This document shows, piece after piece, positions 20,455 through 30,275 of a DNA stretch of 64,000 nt. The position numbers and the translations under genes were made by a program. Below the pieces are notes generated by a model. It was not told the DNA's origin. It did not search any database and saw only the letters and a list, made by a program, of their open reading frames with translations. Position 1 is the stretch's first letter; every line of letters begins with the position of its first letter. Source of the stretch: Halorarum halobium. GTDB taxonomy: Archaea > Halobacteriota > Halobacteria > Halobacteriales > Haloferacaceae. The stretch is taken from positions 2,108,001-2,172,000 of the forward strand of contig NZ_CP134949.1 of assembly GCF_032116555.1 (NCBI RefSeq). Direction: 5' to 3'.

Positions 20455-21450
20455 TCAGGCCAGCGGGGTCCGCTCGACGACCGTGCCGTCGTAGGTGGGG
20501 TACTGCTCGACGAGTTCCCCGTCCTGTAGGTCCCCCTCCTCGACCATCTCCTCGAGCAGCCACCAGGCCACCTCGACGTGGTCCGCCTTGACGGTGTAGA
20601 ACTCCTCGGGGACGCCGAGGTCGACGAGGCGCGCGGCGTCGGCGTACGTCTTCCCGTACACCAGGGTCCCGTCCTCGGTCACGTCGTCGAACGGCCGGCG
20701 GACGTTCTTCGCCATTCGCTTCAGCCGGTTCCGGTGCTGGGCGGCGTCCTTGAACACGCTCGTACAGAAGTAGACGCGCTCGTGGTCGCCCATCGCGTCG
20801 AGGATCTCCGCCTTCGAGCCGTCGACCGCCGACATGTGGCCCTCCTGGAGTTCGAACCCCTCCTGTTGCATCCGGCGGTAGTTCCCCTGGCTCATCTCGA
20901 ACTCGTTGACGTTACAGAAGTCCGCGGCACCCTCGTCGAGGAACTCGAGGAACTCCTCCTCGGCGCGGATGCCCGGAATCTCGAACGCGGGCGTGAGCCC
21001 CTCCTCGCGCGCGACGTGGAGGATCTCCTCCCACTCCGTGCCGTGCATCTCGCCCCACAGCTCGTAGGGCGGGTGGAAGCGAATCTCGTCGAGCCCCGCC
21101 TCGGAGAGCCGTCGCATGTTCTCCCGGCCGCCGGTGATGCCGGTGTACAGGTGCGTGTGGTGGTCCTCGCCGAACTCGTCTTTCAGCAGCGAGAGGTAGC
21201 GGCAGGTTCGGTCCATCGCCTCCTGTGGTTCTCCGCCGGTGATGGAGGTGCCCAGCGCGTCCATCCGGTGGGCCTCCTCCAGGACGTCCTCCTCGCAGGT
21301 GACCTCGCGCTCGTTGGCGTACACCGTGTTCACGTTCTTCCGGTTCTCGCCGAGCGGGCAGTAAAAGCAGTCGCGCTGGTCGCAGTAGCCGTAGACGAAG
21401 AGCACCATCTTGCCCCCCATCGCGCACTGTTCACAGCCCTTCGAGATCAT
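20455..21450 (-). CDS. Radical SAM protein (archaeal family)
   Basis: GCEQC, CDQRDCFYC cluster motif, ITGGEP, HLYT, LDEIRFHP. Confidence 0.88.
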   Translation of the reverse strand: MISKGCEQCAMGGKMVLFVYGYCDQRDCFYCPLGENRKNVNTVYANEREVTCEEDVLEEAHRMDALGTSITGGEPQEAMDRTCRYLSLLKDEFGEDHHTHLYTGITGGRENMRRLSEAGLDEIRFHPPYELWGEMHGTEWEEILHVAREEGLTPAFEIPGIRAEEEFLEFLDEGAADFCNVNEFEMSQGNYRRMQQEGFELQEGHMSAVDGSKAEILDAMGDHERVYFCTSVFKDAAQHRNRLKRMAKNVRRPFDDVTEDGTLVYGKTYADAARLVDLGVPEEFYTVKADHVEVAWWLLEEMVEEGDLQDGELVEQYPTYDGTVVERTPLA

Positions 21451-21630
21451 TTCGGTACCCGACGTTCGCCGCGGAACGGCAAAAACGCCCCGACTCGCAC
21501 CCGCGCACGTGGGTCACAGCCACGGTCACGGCGAGTGGACCCGTGAACGGGGAGTGCGTCCCGCGAAGACGCCGGGTCGAGCCGCACACACCACGAAACT
21601 CATTACGTTCGACCGCATCCGGTCACCAAC

Positions 21631-22287
21631 ATGAACAGACGAACGGTCCTTCGGACGGCCGGCATGATCGGCGTCGCCAGCGCGAGCGCGGGCTGTCTCG
21701 GCGTTCTTACCGGATCGCAGCCTGCCGAGTTCGCCTCGGGCACCGCGACCGTCTCCGGGTCGGCCCTCGAGGAGACCGGCTACGAGTCGGTCGGCGTGGA
21801 GTCGCTGGAGGTCGATCGGACGATCTCGGTCGCGGGCCAGGAGCGGCGGGTGATCGTGACGAACCGGCTGGCACAGTACGACAAGAGCGTCGATCTGCCG
21901 ACGGGCGACAGCTACCGCGGCGCGCTGTTCGCCCTGCTGGCGACGCCGGCGGTCGAGGTGCTGGGCCGGTCAGTGAACCCGGTGGCCGAACTCGGCACCG
22001 GCGAACTCGCCCGTCGCGTCCTGTCCCAGTACGAGGGCTTCGGCAGCCTCGACGAGGAGGGGACCGAGACGGTCTCCATCCTCGGGACGGACACGGAAGT
22101 CGGGCTGTTTCTCACCGAGGCCGAAGTCACCTCCGACGTGACGACCGAGGTCCGCATTCACGTCGCGGAGGCGGTTCGCGTCGAGGACGACTTCGTCGTC
22201 GCCGTCGGCGCGTACCCGACGCTCATGTCCGAGGAGGGCGACGCGGTGGGGACGCTGATGGAGTCCGTCGAACACGAACCCAACTGA
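21631..22287 (+). CDS. Tat-exported lipoprotein (DUF6517-like)
   Basis: MNRRTVL twin-arginine motif and SAGC lipobox; acidic beta-rich body. DUF assignment from recall. Confidence 0.75.
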   Translation: MNRRTVLRTAGMIGVASASAGCLGVLTGSQPAEFASGTATVSGSALEETGYESVGVESLEVDRTISVAGQERRVIVTNRLAQYDKSVDLPTGDSYRGALFALLATPAVEVLGRSVNPVAELGTGELARRVLSQYEGFGSLDEEGTETVSILGTDTEVGLFLTEAEVTSDVTTEVRIHVAEAVRVEDDFVVAVGAYPTLMSEEGDAVGTLMESVEHEPN

Positions 22288-22412
22288 GCCGCACGAGCGC
22301 CCAAACGGCCCGCGTGACACGAACTGAACCGCACCGAACCCGTCCGCCCGGGCGCGACGACTGCGACCCGTCCCCGAAAACAGATATACCCGGAACGTCC
22401 TAGCGCACCACG

Positions 22413-23546
22413 ATGCTGCTGGTCCTCCCAGTCGACCTCGACGACGACCTCGGTCGCAAGACCGGGCGGTCAACGCCCGTCATCGGGCGTGACGAGGTCG
22501 AGGACGCCGCAGTCGCGCTGGCGACGGCCGACCCGGAGGACTCCGACGTGAACGTGCTCTTCCAGGCGGTCCACACGTACGACGAACTCGTCGCGGACGA
22601 GTCCGTCGAGGAGGAAGTCGCCGTCGCCGCGGTGACGGGCGTCGACGGGGGGGACGTCCAGGCCAACCGCGCCGTCGGCGACGAGGTCGACACGGTGCTC
22701 GCGGCGCTGGCGACCGGCGAGGACGTGCGCGCCATCGTCATCACGGACGGCGCCCAGGACGAGTCGGTGCTGCCGGTCATCCGTTCTCGCGTCCCGCTCG
22801 ACGGCGTCCGGCGCGTCGTCGTCCGGCAGGCACAGGACCTCGAATCGATCTACTACACGATGAAGCAGGTGCTCGCGGACCCGGAGACGCGGGGGACCGT
22901 GCTCGTGCCGCTGGGCGTGCTGTTGCTCATCTACCCGTTCTCGGTCATCGCCGGCATCCTCGACATTCCCGGTGCGGTCGTGCTGGGGCTCGTCTCGGCG
23001 CTGCTCGGGCTCTACACCCTCTTTCGGGGGCTCGGCCTGGAGCGCGCCGTGGACTCGACGGTCGAGCAGGTGCGCAACAGCCTCTACGCCGGGCGGGTGA
23101 CGTTCATCACGTACGTCGTCGCGCTGGCGCTGCTGGTCGTCGGCAGCGTGCAGGGGTTCGAGACGCTGTCGAGGGTCGAATCGGCGACCGGACCGCTCCG
23201 GCTCGAGACCGAGGTCGCGGTGTTCGTCCATGCGGCGGTCCAGTGGGCCGCGGCAGCGGGGATCACCTCGTCGCTCGGCCAGGTGACCGACGAGTACCTG
23301 AACGACAGCTTCCACTGGCGCTACCTCAACGCGCCGTTCTACGTCGCCGCCATCGCCATCGTCCTGTACGGCCTCTCGGGCTACTTCGCACCCCCGGGTG
23401 CCGGCGACGTCCTCGTGCGCCTCACGCTACAGGAGCTGGCGATGGCGCTGACGGTCGGCACGCTGCTCGGGGTGCTCTCGACGCTCACGTTCGCCATCGC
23501 CGAGTCGCGCGAGGAGGGGGAAGAGGAGACGGCAAAGCCCGCATGA
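22413..23546 (+). CDS. DUF373 family membrane protein
   Basis: LVLPVDLDDDLGRKTG, DPEDSDVN, TDGAQDE, VVVRQAQDLES, then multiple TM helices. Confidence 0.88.
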   Translation: MLLVLPVDLDDDLGRKTGRSTPVIGRDEVEDAAVALATADPEDSDVNVLFQAVHTYDELVADESVEEEVAVAAVTGVDGGDVQANRAVGDEVDTVLAALATGEDVRAIVITDGAQDESVLPVIRSRVPLDGVRRVVVRQAQDLESIYYTMKQVLADPETRGTVLVPLGVLLLIYPFSVIAGILDIPGAVVLGLVSALLGLYTLFRGLGLERAVDSTVEQVRNSLYAGRVTFITYVVALALLVVGSVQGFETLSRVESATGPLRLETEVAVFVHAAVQWAAAAGITSSLGQVTDEYLNDSFHWRYLNAPFYVAAIAIVLYGLSGYFAPPGAGDVLVRLTLQELAMALTVGTLLGVLSTLTFAIAESREEGEEETAKPA

Positions 23547-23587
23547 GGACCCATCGCGGTCGCGGCGAAGGGGTCCGGGAGGACGAC

Positions 23588-24052
23588 TCACTCCCCCAGC
23601 GTGACGCTCTCGTCTGCCGCGTTCCGGAGGGCGTCCGAACGGCCGTACGTCCCGGGCGCGATGGCGAGCGTCCGAAGGCCGCGCTCGTTAGCGACCTCCA
23701 GTGCAGGCTTGAAGTCCGTGTCGCGGGACGCGACCGCGACGGTGCCGGCGCGGCCGGTGACCGCGAACGTGGCGACGTCGACCGCGAGCTTCACGTCGAC
23801 GTCGCCACTCGTCACGACGACCTGGAAGCCGCGGGCCTCCGCGGCCTGGATGAGTCCCGGCGTCGCGTGCTCGTCGAGGTAGAGCCGGGCCGTGACCAGG
23901 TCGCCGGCGTCGGCCGCGGCCGCCCGAATGTCGTCGAGGTCGACGTCGAACTCCTCCCGGAGGACGTTGGGGCCGTCGACGAACAGCGCGACGCCGCCAT
24001 CGGCGCCGACGCTTCCGCCGAGTCGGTCCCGAAGCCGCTCCAGCAGTTCCAT
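23588..24052 (-). CDS. NYN (PIN-like) domain protein
   Basis: LFVDGPNV, DVDVKLAVD, ASRDTDFKP, SDALRNAAD. Confidence 0.88.
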   Translation of the reverse strand: MELLERLRDRLGGSVGADGGVALFVDGPNVLREEFDVDLDDIRAAAADAGDLVTARLYLDEHATPGLIQAAEARGFQVVVTSGDVDVKLAVDVATFAVTGRAGTVAVASRDTDFKPALEVANERGLRTLAIAPGTYGRSDALRNAADESVTLGE

Positions 24053-24240
24053 GGCCGGAGGTCCGCTCGTGACCCGATACGCCTTCCGGTTCGAGGCTCC
24101 ACACGGCTCTGCTGGCCGCGACAGCGCAGTGCTGGGACGGGGCGACGGTGGCAACTGACGGCACACGGCGGGACACGGTCCACGTTCGGCGGTGGCGTGA
24201 GAGGGAAATTGACATACCCCAGGCCCACCATCGGTCGGGT

Positions 24241-24687
24241 ATGAGCGACTGGACCGACGCGATCGTCGGCGACAGGATGGCCGTGGACCGCGAGTTCACC
24301 GAGCGGGTCCGTGAATCCCGGTTCTCGAACCAGGAGTGGGGACTCATCATGACCGCCACGGAGTTCGAGATCGAGGACTCGGACGACCCGGAATCGGCAC
24401 GCATCGTCGCCGATACGAGCGATCTGCCGGGCATCATCCCGGAGCTGGACAACATCTCGAACCAGATGAACGCGATGGCGGGCGGCGGGTCGTCGGACGG
24501 CGGCGTGTTCGGCGGCATCCTCGAGGACATCAGGAGCCTCTTCGACGGCGCCTCCGGCGGCGGCGGCGTCGACCGGGAGAAGCTCCAGGCAGCGGAGCGA
24601 CTCACGGGCGAGTACGCCGACGAACTGCAGCGGCACCTCGAATCGAAGGGCACCTGGGAACAGGTCAGGATCGCCTACCAGGAGTAG
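24241..24687 (+). CDS. Haloarchaeal protein (DUF5799-like)
   Basis: MSDWTDAIVGDRMAVDREF...FSNQEWGLIMTA; acidic. DUF assignment from recall. Confidence 0.75.
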   Translation: MSDWTDAIVGDRMAVDREFTERVRESRFSNQEWGLIMTATEFEIEDSDDPESARIVADTSDLPGIIPELDNISNQMNAMAGGGSSDGGVFGGILEDIRSLFDGASGGGGVDREKLQAAERLTGEYADELQRHLESKGTWEQVRIAYQE

Positions 24688-24739
24688 CCGTTCCCGGACG
24701 GGTCGGCTCCGGGAGGCGACCGGGATCGGACGGCCGTGC

Positions 24740-24889
24740 TCACGGCACGTCGCCCGAGTGGAACATCGTCAGCTCCTCGGCCTCGTAGATGTTGATGAGC
24801 TCCTCGACCAGTTCGTCGTAGCTTTCGCCGTTCTCGCGGAGACCCTTCAGCCGTTCGAGCGTCTCCTCGCTCACCTCGATCTGGGGCAT
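24740..24889 (-). CDS. Small ribbon-helix-helix/VapB-like protein (49 aa)
   Basis: MPQIEVSEETLERLKGLRENGESYDELVEELI pattern; 3' end of ORF 24740..25288. Confidence 0.75.
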   Translation of the reverse strand: MPQIEVSEETLERLKGLRENGESYDELVEELINIYEAEELTMFHSGDVP

Positions 24890-24921
24890 GTCGGGTGAAG
24901 TTCGACTCGCAGGCGTAAAAA

Positions 24922-25902
24922 CTACAGGCGAGCCAGCACCGCGTCGGTCACCTCGTCGGTGCCGGCGTCGCCGCCCAGGTCCGGCGTCCGCGGGCCCTCC
25001 GAGAGCACGACCTCGACCGCCTCGCGGACCGATTCCCCCGCCGCGTCGTACCCGAGCGACTCCAGGAGCATCGCGGCCGAGAGGATCGTCGCCGCGGGGT
25101 TGGCGACGCCCTCGCCGGCGATGTCGGGCGCGGTGCCGTGGACCGGCTCGAACACGCCGCGATCGGGGCCGACGTTCGCCGACGGGAGCAGGCCGAGCCC
25201 GCCGACCAGTCCCGCCGCGAGATCCGAGAGCACGTCCCCGGCGAGGTTCGGACAGACGACGACGTCGAACTGCGCGGGGTCGAGACACACCTTCGTCGCG
25301 AACGCGTCCATCAGCACCTCCTCGGCCGCGACGCCGCGCTCGTCGGCGACGCCGACGACGGCGTCGCGGAACCGGCCGTCCGTCTCGCGCATCACGTTCG
25401 CCTTGTGCGCGACGTGGAACCCGCCCGTCCCGCGCTCGGCGACGAACTCGCAGGCGAACTCGGCCAGCCGTTCGGACGCCGACGTGGTGACGACGCGCGT
25501 CAGCGTCGAGAGGTCCTCCGAAAGTCGGTCCTCGTGGCCCGAATACACGCCCTCGGTGTTCTCGCGGAGGAACACGAGGTCCGTCTCCGGCCGGACCGCG
25601 TCGACGCCGGGGTAGGCCCGCGCGGGCCGCACGTTGACGAACGAGTCAACGGCCTCTCGCAGCGGGAGGATAACGTCAGCCGCGGTCTCGCCGGCCGCGC
25701 CGAACAGCGTCGCGTCCGCGGACGCGACGCGGTCGTACGTCTCCGCCGGCAACGCTTCGCCGGTTTCCTCGGCCACCGCGTCGCCCGCGTCGGCCTCGAC
25801 GAACTCGAACTCGCCGACGTGATCGAGCACACGTCGCGCCGCCGGGACGACCTCCGTCCCGATGCCGTCGCCCGGAATCACGACGATCTCCTCGCCCGCC
25901 AT
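24922..25902 (-). CDS. leuB: 3-isopropylmalate dehydrogenase
   Basis: [45 protein letters not shown]; operon context. Confidence 0.93.
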   Translation of the reverse strand: MAGEEIVVIPGDGIGTEVVPAARRVLDHVGEFEFVEADAGDAVAEETGEALPAETYDRVASADATLFGAAGETAADVILPLREAVDSFVNVRPARAYPGVDAVRPETDLVFLRENTEGVYSGHEDRLSEDLSTLTRVVTTSASERLAEFACEFVAERGTGGFHVAHKANVMRETDGRFRDAVVGVADERGVAAEEVLMDAFATKVCLDPAQFDVVVCPNLAGDVLSDLAAGLVGGLGLLPSANVGPDRGVFEPVHGTAPDIAGEGVANPAATILSAAMLLESLGYDAAGESVREAVEVVLSEGPRTPDLGGDAGTDEVTDAVLARL

Positions 25903-25903
25903 C

Positions 25904-26584
25904 TCAGTCGCTTGCCTCCGGAAGCTGGTCGTCGCACACGTACGGGAGCGACGCCGCGGTCTCGCGGACCGCGCCCGCGTTCGCGCCCATCAGCGCGGTC
26001 GTGTCCCACTCGCCCTCGACGAGCGCGCGCCGCTGGGCCTCGTCCACGGTGGCGTCGACGGTCGTACCGCCGTACGTTACCGTCTCGGCGGCGACGTCGA
26101 CGTCGATCTCGCCGTCGGGATGCTCGTCGATCCAGTCCTGCAGGGCCGTGAGCTCCTCGTGGCTCGCGGTCAGCGTCGGGACGCCGAGCGCGAGGCAGTT
26201 GCCCGCGAAGATCTCCGCGAACGACTCGCCGACGACCGCGTCGATCCCCCAGCGCATCAGCGCCTGCGGGGCGTGCTCGCGCGAGGAGCCGCAGCCGAAG
26301 TTCGCGTTCACCGCGAGCACGCTCGCCTCCCGGAACCGGTCCTCGTTGAACGGGTGATCCTTCTCCTCGTCGTCCTCGTCGAACCGCAGGTCGAAGAACG
26401 CGAACTGTCCGAGGCCGTCGAACGTGACCACCTTCATGAAGCGCGCGGGGATGATCTGGTCGGTGTCGACGTCGTTCCCGCGCACCGGGACGCCGGTGCC
26501 CGAGACGGACGTCACCGTCTCGGCGGGCCCGCCGCCGCCGTCGCCGTCGCTCCGTGGGGCGTCGCCGTTCGCGTTCGAACTCAC
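25904..26584 (-). CDS. leuD: 3-isopropylmalate dehydratase small subunit
   Basis: [34 protein letters not shown] start overlapping the leuC stop. Confidence 0.93.
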   Translation of the reverse strand: MSSNANGDAPRSDGDGGGGPAETVTSVSGTGVPVRGNDVDTDQIIPARFMKVVTFDGLGQFAFFDLRFDEDDEEKDHPFNEDRFREASVLAVNANFGCGSSREHAPQALMRWGIDAVVGESFAEIFAGNCLALGVPTLTASHEELTALQDWIDEHPDGEIDVDVAAETVTYGGTTVDATVDEAQRRALVEGEWDTTALMGANAGAVRETAASLPYVCDDQLPEASD

Positions 26585-28008
26585 GCCTCCACCTCCGGAC
26601 GCTCCTCCAGGTCGCGCACGTCGGTCACCTCGCCCGTGACGGCCGCGGCTGCGACCATCCGGGGGTTCATCAGCACGGTGCGGCCGTCCTTCGAGCCCTG
26701 CCGGCCGACGAAGTTCCGATTCGAGGAGGACGCACACGCCTCGTCGCCCTCGAGCTGGTCCTCGTTCATTCCGAGACACATCGAACAGCCCGCGTTGCGC
26801 CACTGGAAGCCGGCCTCGCGGAAGGTGTCGGCCAGGCCCTCCTCCTCGGCGGCCCGCTGGACGCGCTGGCTGCCCGGGACGACGAGCGCCCGGACGTCCT
26901 CGTGGACTTCGCGGCCGCGCACGACCGCGGCGGCCCGCCGCAGGTCCGGCAGGCGCGCGTTCGTACACGAGCCGAGGAACGCCACGTCCACCCGATAGCC
27001 CGCCATCGTGTCGCCGGGGTCGACGCGCATATGTTCCTGTGCGCGTCGCGCGGAGTCCTGCTTGTCCGGGTCGAGATCCTCTGGGGCCGGAATCGGCTCC
27101 GTGATGCCGACGCCCTGGCCCGGCGTCGTCCCCCAGGTGACCGTCGGTTCGAGCGCGTCGCCGTCGATCGTGACGACGTCGTCGTACTCGGCGTCCCCGT
27201 CGGAGGCGACCGACTCCCAGTACGGCTTCAGCCGCTCGAACTCCTCGGGGTCGTCGACGAACGCCTGCGCGTCGGCGAGCCACTCGAAGGTGGTCTCGTC
27301 GGGGTTGACGTAGCCGGCGCGCGCGCCGCCCTCGATCGACATGTTGCAGATGGACATCCGCCCCTCCATGTCGAGCGACTCGACCGCCTCGCCCCCGTAC
27401 TCGTACACGTAGCCGACGCCGCCGTCGGTGCCGAGCTTCCGGATGATCTGGAGGATGACGTCCTTCGCCTCGACGCCCTCGCCGAGTTCGCCCGTCACCT
27501 CGATGCGGCGGACGTCCTTCTTCTCCATGGCGATACAGCCGGTCGCTAGCACGTCCCGGATCTGCGAGGTGCCGATGCCGAACGCCAGCGCGCCGAACGC
27601 GCCGTGGGTCGAGGTGTGCGAGTCGCCACAGACGACGGTCTTTCCTGGCTGGGTCAGGCCCTGCTCGGGGCCGACGACGTGGACGATGCCCTGGTCGCCC
27701 GAGGACGGGTCCGAAAAGTCGATGCCCGCCTCGCGGACGTTCCGCTCCAGCTCGCTCATCATCTCCTCGGCCGCGTCGTCGCCGTAGGGGCGCGATTGGT
27801 CGGCCGTCGGGAGGATGTGGTCCACCGTCGCGTGGGTCAGGCCGGGGTAGGCGACCTCGACGTCGCGCTCGCGGAGCATCCCGAACGCCTGCGGACTCGT
27901 CACCTCGTGGACGAGGTGGAGCCCGACGAACAGCTGGTCCTGCCCGGTCGGCAGCGTCGTCACCCGGTGTCGGTCCCACACCTTGTCGTACAGGGTTCCC
28001 TCGCTCAT
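26581..28008 (-). CDS. leuC: 3-isopropylmalate dehydratase large subunit
   Basis: [56 protein letters not shown]. Confidence 0.96.
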   Translation of the reverse strand: MSEGTLYDKVWDRHRVTTLPTGQDQLFVGLHLVHEVTSPQAFGMLRERDVEVAYPGLTHATVDHILPTADQSRPYGDDAAEEMMSELERNVREAGIDFSDPSSGDQGIVHVVGPEQGLTQPGKTVVCGDSHTSTHGAFGALAFGIGTSQIRDVLATGCIAMEKKDVRRIEVTGELGEGVEAKDVILQIIRKLGTDGGVGYVYEYGGEAVESLDMEGRMSICNMSIEGGARAGYVNPDETTFEWLADAQAFVDDPEEFERLKPYWESVASDGDAEYDDVVTIDGDALEPTVTWGTTPGQGVGITEPIPAPEDLDPDKQDSARRAQEHMRVDPGDTMAGYRVDVAFLGSCTNARLPDLRRAAAVVRGREVHEDVRALVVPGSQRVQRAAEEEGLADTFREAGFQWRNAGCSMCLGMNEDQLEGDEACASSSNRNFVGRQGSKDGRTVLMNPRMVAAAAVTGEVTDVRDLEERPEVEA

Positions 28009-28391
28009 CCGTCGGCTCCCCCGTCGCCGGACCCTTCGTCGCCGGACCACTCGTCACTCGACCCTCCGTCGCCGGACCACTCGTCACTCGACCCTCCGTC
28101 GCCTGGCCGTTCGACGCCGCGCGTCCAGACGCGGTTCGTCTCCTCGTAGGGCGGGTCGTGGCTCACGTCCGCGAGGGTCCCGTCGGCCGCCGTCCCGCGC
28201 CCGCCGCCCGCCCCGCCGCGTCCGTCCTCACCCGTCCCGGCCGTCGACGCCGACGAGGTACCGTTCCGCCGGGCTCGTCGCTCCCCGCCGTCGGCCATCG
28301 CCGGCCCGCGGCGGTAGACGTCCCAGAACGTCTCGCTCGTCTCCGGGTGGACGTGGCTCACGTCCGCCAGCGTGTCGCTGCCGTCGGTCAT
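28005..28391 (-). CDS. Hypothetical protein inside the ilv-leu operon (128 aa, internal duplication)
   Basis: ATGA overlaps with both the ilvC stop and the leuC start; duplicated TLADVSH motif. Confidence 0.75.
   Translation of the reverse strand: MTDGSDTLADVSHVHPETSETFWDVYRRGPAMADGGERRARRNGTSSASTAGTGEDGRGGAGGGRGTAADGTLADVSHDPPYEETNRVWTRGVERPGDGGSSDEWSGDGGSSDEWSGDEGSGDGGADG
28031..28103. repeat. 30-bp in-frame tandem repeat (about 2.4 copies)
   Basis: ACCCT(T/C)CGTCGCCGGACCACTCGTCACTCG at 28031 and 28061, partial at 28091; encodes [10 protein letters not shown] units. Confidence 0.9.
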
Positions 28392-29449
28392 TCTCGCATC
28401 CCTACCTTCGATTTGTCGTCGTCCTCGCGCTCCGTGTTCTCGGCGTCGTCCCAGGCGAACAGGCTCCGGAGCTCCGCGCCGACGGCCTCGATGTCGTGGT
28501 TCTTCTCCGCGGTACGCAGCTGCGTGTAGGAGGGACGGCCGGCCTGGTTCTCGGCGATCCACTCGCGGGCGAACGTGCCCTCCTGGACCTCGGCAAGCAC
28601 CTCCTCCATCCTGGCGCGTGCCTCCTCGTTCACCACGTCGTCGCCGCGGGTGAGCCCGCCGTACTCGGCCGTGTCAGACACCGAGTCCCACATGCCGCCG
28701 AGCCCGCCCTCGTACATCAGGTCGACGATGAGTTTCAGCTCGTTCAGGCACTCGAAGTACGCCATCTCGCGGCTGTAGCCGGCGTCGACGAGCGTCTCGT
28801 ACGCCTGCTTCACCAGGGCGGTGACGCCGCCACACAGCACAGCCTGCTCGCCGAACAGGTCCGTCTCGGTCTCCTCGCGGAACGTCGTCTCGATGACGCC
28901 CGCGCGGGTACAGCCGATCGCCTGGGCGTAGGCGAGGCCCTCCTCCCGTGCGCGACCGCTCTCGTCCTGATAGATCGCGAGCAGGCCGGGAGTGCCCTCG
29001 CCCGCCTCGTAGTTGCGGCGGACGAGGTGGCCCGGCGACTTGGGCGCGACCATCGTGACGTCGACGCCCTCGGGGGGCTGGATCTGGTTGTAGTGGATGT
29101 TGAACCCGTGGGCGAACTGGAGCGTGTCGCCCTCGTCGAGTTCCTCCCGGATCGCCTCGAACACGTCCGGCTGGACGGTGTCGGGCACGAGCATCGAGAC
29201 GATGTCGGCCGCGGCGGCCGCCTCGACCGGCGTCGCCACGTTGAGCCCGTCGGCTTCGGCGGCCGCACGCGAAGAGGAGCCCTCGCGCAGACCCACGACC
29301 ACGTCGACCCCGCTGTCCGCGAGGTTCTGGGCGTGGGCGTGGCCCTGGCTGCCGTAGCCGAGCACGGCGACCGTCTTGTTGTCGATGTAGCTTCGGTTCG
29401 CGTCGTCGTCGTAGTATACCGGGGAGTCGAAGGTGTCGTCGTCAGTCAT
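28388..29449 (-). CDS. ilvC: Ketol-acid reductoisomerase
   Basis: [56 protein letters not shown]. Confidence 0.97.
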   Translation of the reverse strand: MTDDDTFDSPVYYDDDANRSYIDNKTVAVLGYGSQGHAHAQNLADSGVDVVVGLREGSSSRAAAEADGLNVATPVEAAAAADIVSMLVPDTVQPDVFEAIREELDEGDTLQFAHGFNIHYNQIQPPEGVDVTMVAPKSPGHLVRRNYEAGEGTPGLLAIYQDESGRAREEGLAYAQAIGCTRAGVIETTFREETETDLFGEQAVLCGGVTALVKQAYETLVDAGYSREMAYFECLNELKLIVDLMYEGGLGGMWDSVSDTAEYGGLTRGDDVVNEEARARMEEVLAEVQEGTFAREWIAENQAGRPSYTQLRTAEKNHDIEAVGAELRSLFAWDDAENTEREDDDKSKVGMRE

Positions 29450-30275
29450 CGTAGTTGGGTGTGGATTCGTCGGTTGTCGTCTCGTCGTCGGTCGGTTCGT
29501 CGGTCGCGGAGCCGCCGGCCGAGTGGCCGGGCTCCTCGCCGGGCGTCGTCGGGGAGTCGCCGCGTTCGAGCGCCGTCTGGCCGGTCCGGGCGATCTCGAT
29601 GATGCCGAACTGCCGGAACGCGTCGACCGCGTCGTCGATCTTCCGCTCGTCGCCCGTGATCTGGACGGTGATGGTTCGCGGCCCGGCGTCGAGCGTCCGG
29701 CCCTCGTACATCTCGGTGATGGCGTGGACCTTGTCCGGCTCGGTTCCGCGGACCTTCAGCAGCACCAGTTCCGCACGCACCGCGTCGGACTCGAGTTCGC
29801 CGACCGCGATGACGGGCGTGAGCTTCAGGAGCTGTTTTTTCGCCTGGTCGATGCCCGGATCCGTCTCCTCGACGACCAGCGTGATTCGGGCGTGTCCCTC
29901 GACGGTCGTCGGGCCGACCGTCAGGCTCTCGATGTTGAACTGCCGCCGGGAGAACAGCCCGGAGACGCGCGAGAGCACGCCGGGTTCGTGTTCGACGAGC
30001 GCGGAGATGACGGCCGTCCGTCGGCGGTGTTCGGCCCCCGCGTCGGGGTCGACCTTGATTCCCTGCGCGTTGCGCCGGGCGGTCGGCTGCGGGCGCTCGT
30101 CGGGCCGGGGGCCGGCCATCCCGCGCCGGGGAACCGGCCCGCCGTCGTCGCTCGGGGTGGCGTGTTCGGCCGCGGGCGCGTCCGCCGGGTGGGCGTCGAA
30201 CGTCGCGCCGCCCGCGTCGCCGCGGCCGGTTCCGTCCGTGGACGCCTCGCTTCCGGTGCCGTCCGCGTCGCTCAT
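29442..30275 (-). CDS. ilvN: Acetolactate synthase small (regulatory) subunit with extended termini
   Basis: [35 protein letters not shown] domain, EIARTG; ATGA overlap with ilvB. Confidence 0.92.
   Translation of the reverse strand: MSDADGTGSEASTDGTGRGDAGGATFDAHPADAPAAEHATPSDDGGPVPRRGMAGPRPDERPQPTARRNAQGIKVDPDAGAEHRRRTAVISALVEHEPGVLSRVSGLFSRRQFNIESLTVGPTTVEGHARITLVVEETDPGIDQAKKQLLKLTPVIAVGELESDAVRAELVLLKVRGTEPDKVHAITEMYEGRTLDAGPRTITVQITGDERKIDDAVDAFRQFGIIEIARTGQTALERGDSPTTPGEEPGHSAGGSATDEPTDDETTTDESTPNYDD

Noticed and set aside
23588..24889. NYN nuclease plus small VapB-like protein as a toxin-antitoxin pair
   Set aside because: Separated by an oppositely oriented gene, so not an operon.
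28031..28103. 30-bp repeats as a possible CRISPR array
   Set aside because: Units are contiguous without spacers, in frame within a CDS, and no cas genes are present.
30020..30275. Long N-terminal extension of IlvN
   Set aside because: Mostly low-complexity acidic sequence typical of haloarchaeal termini; no independent domain evident.
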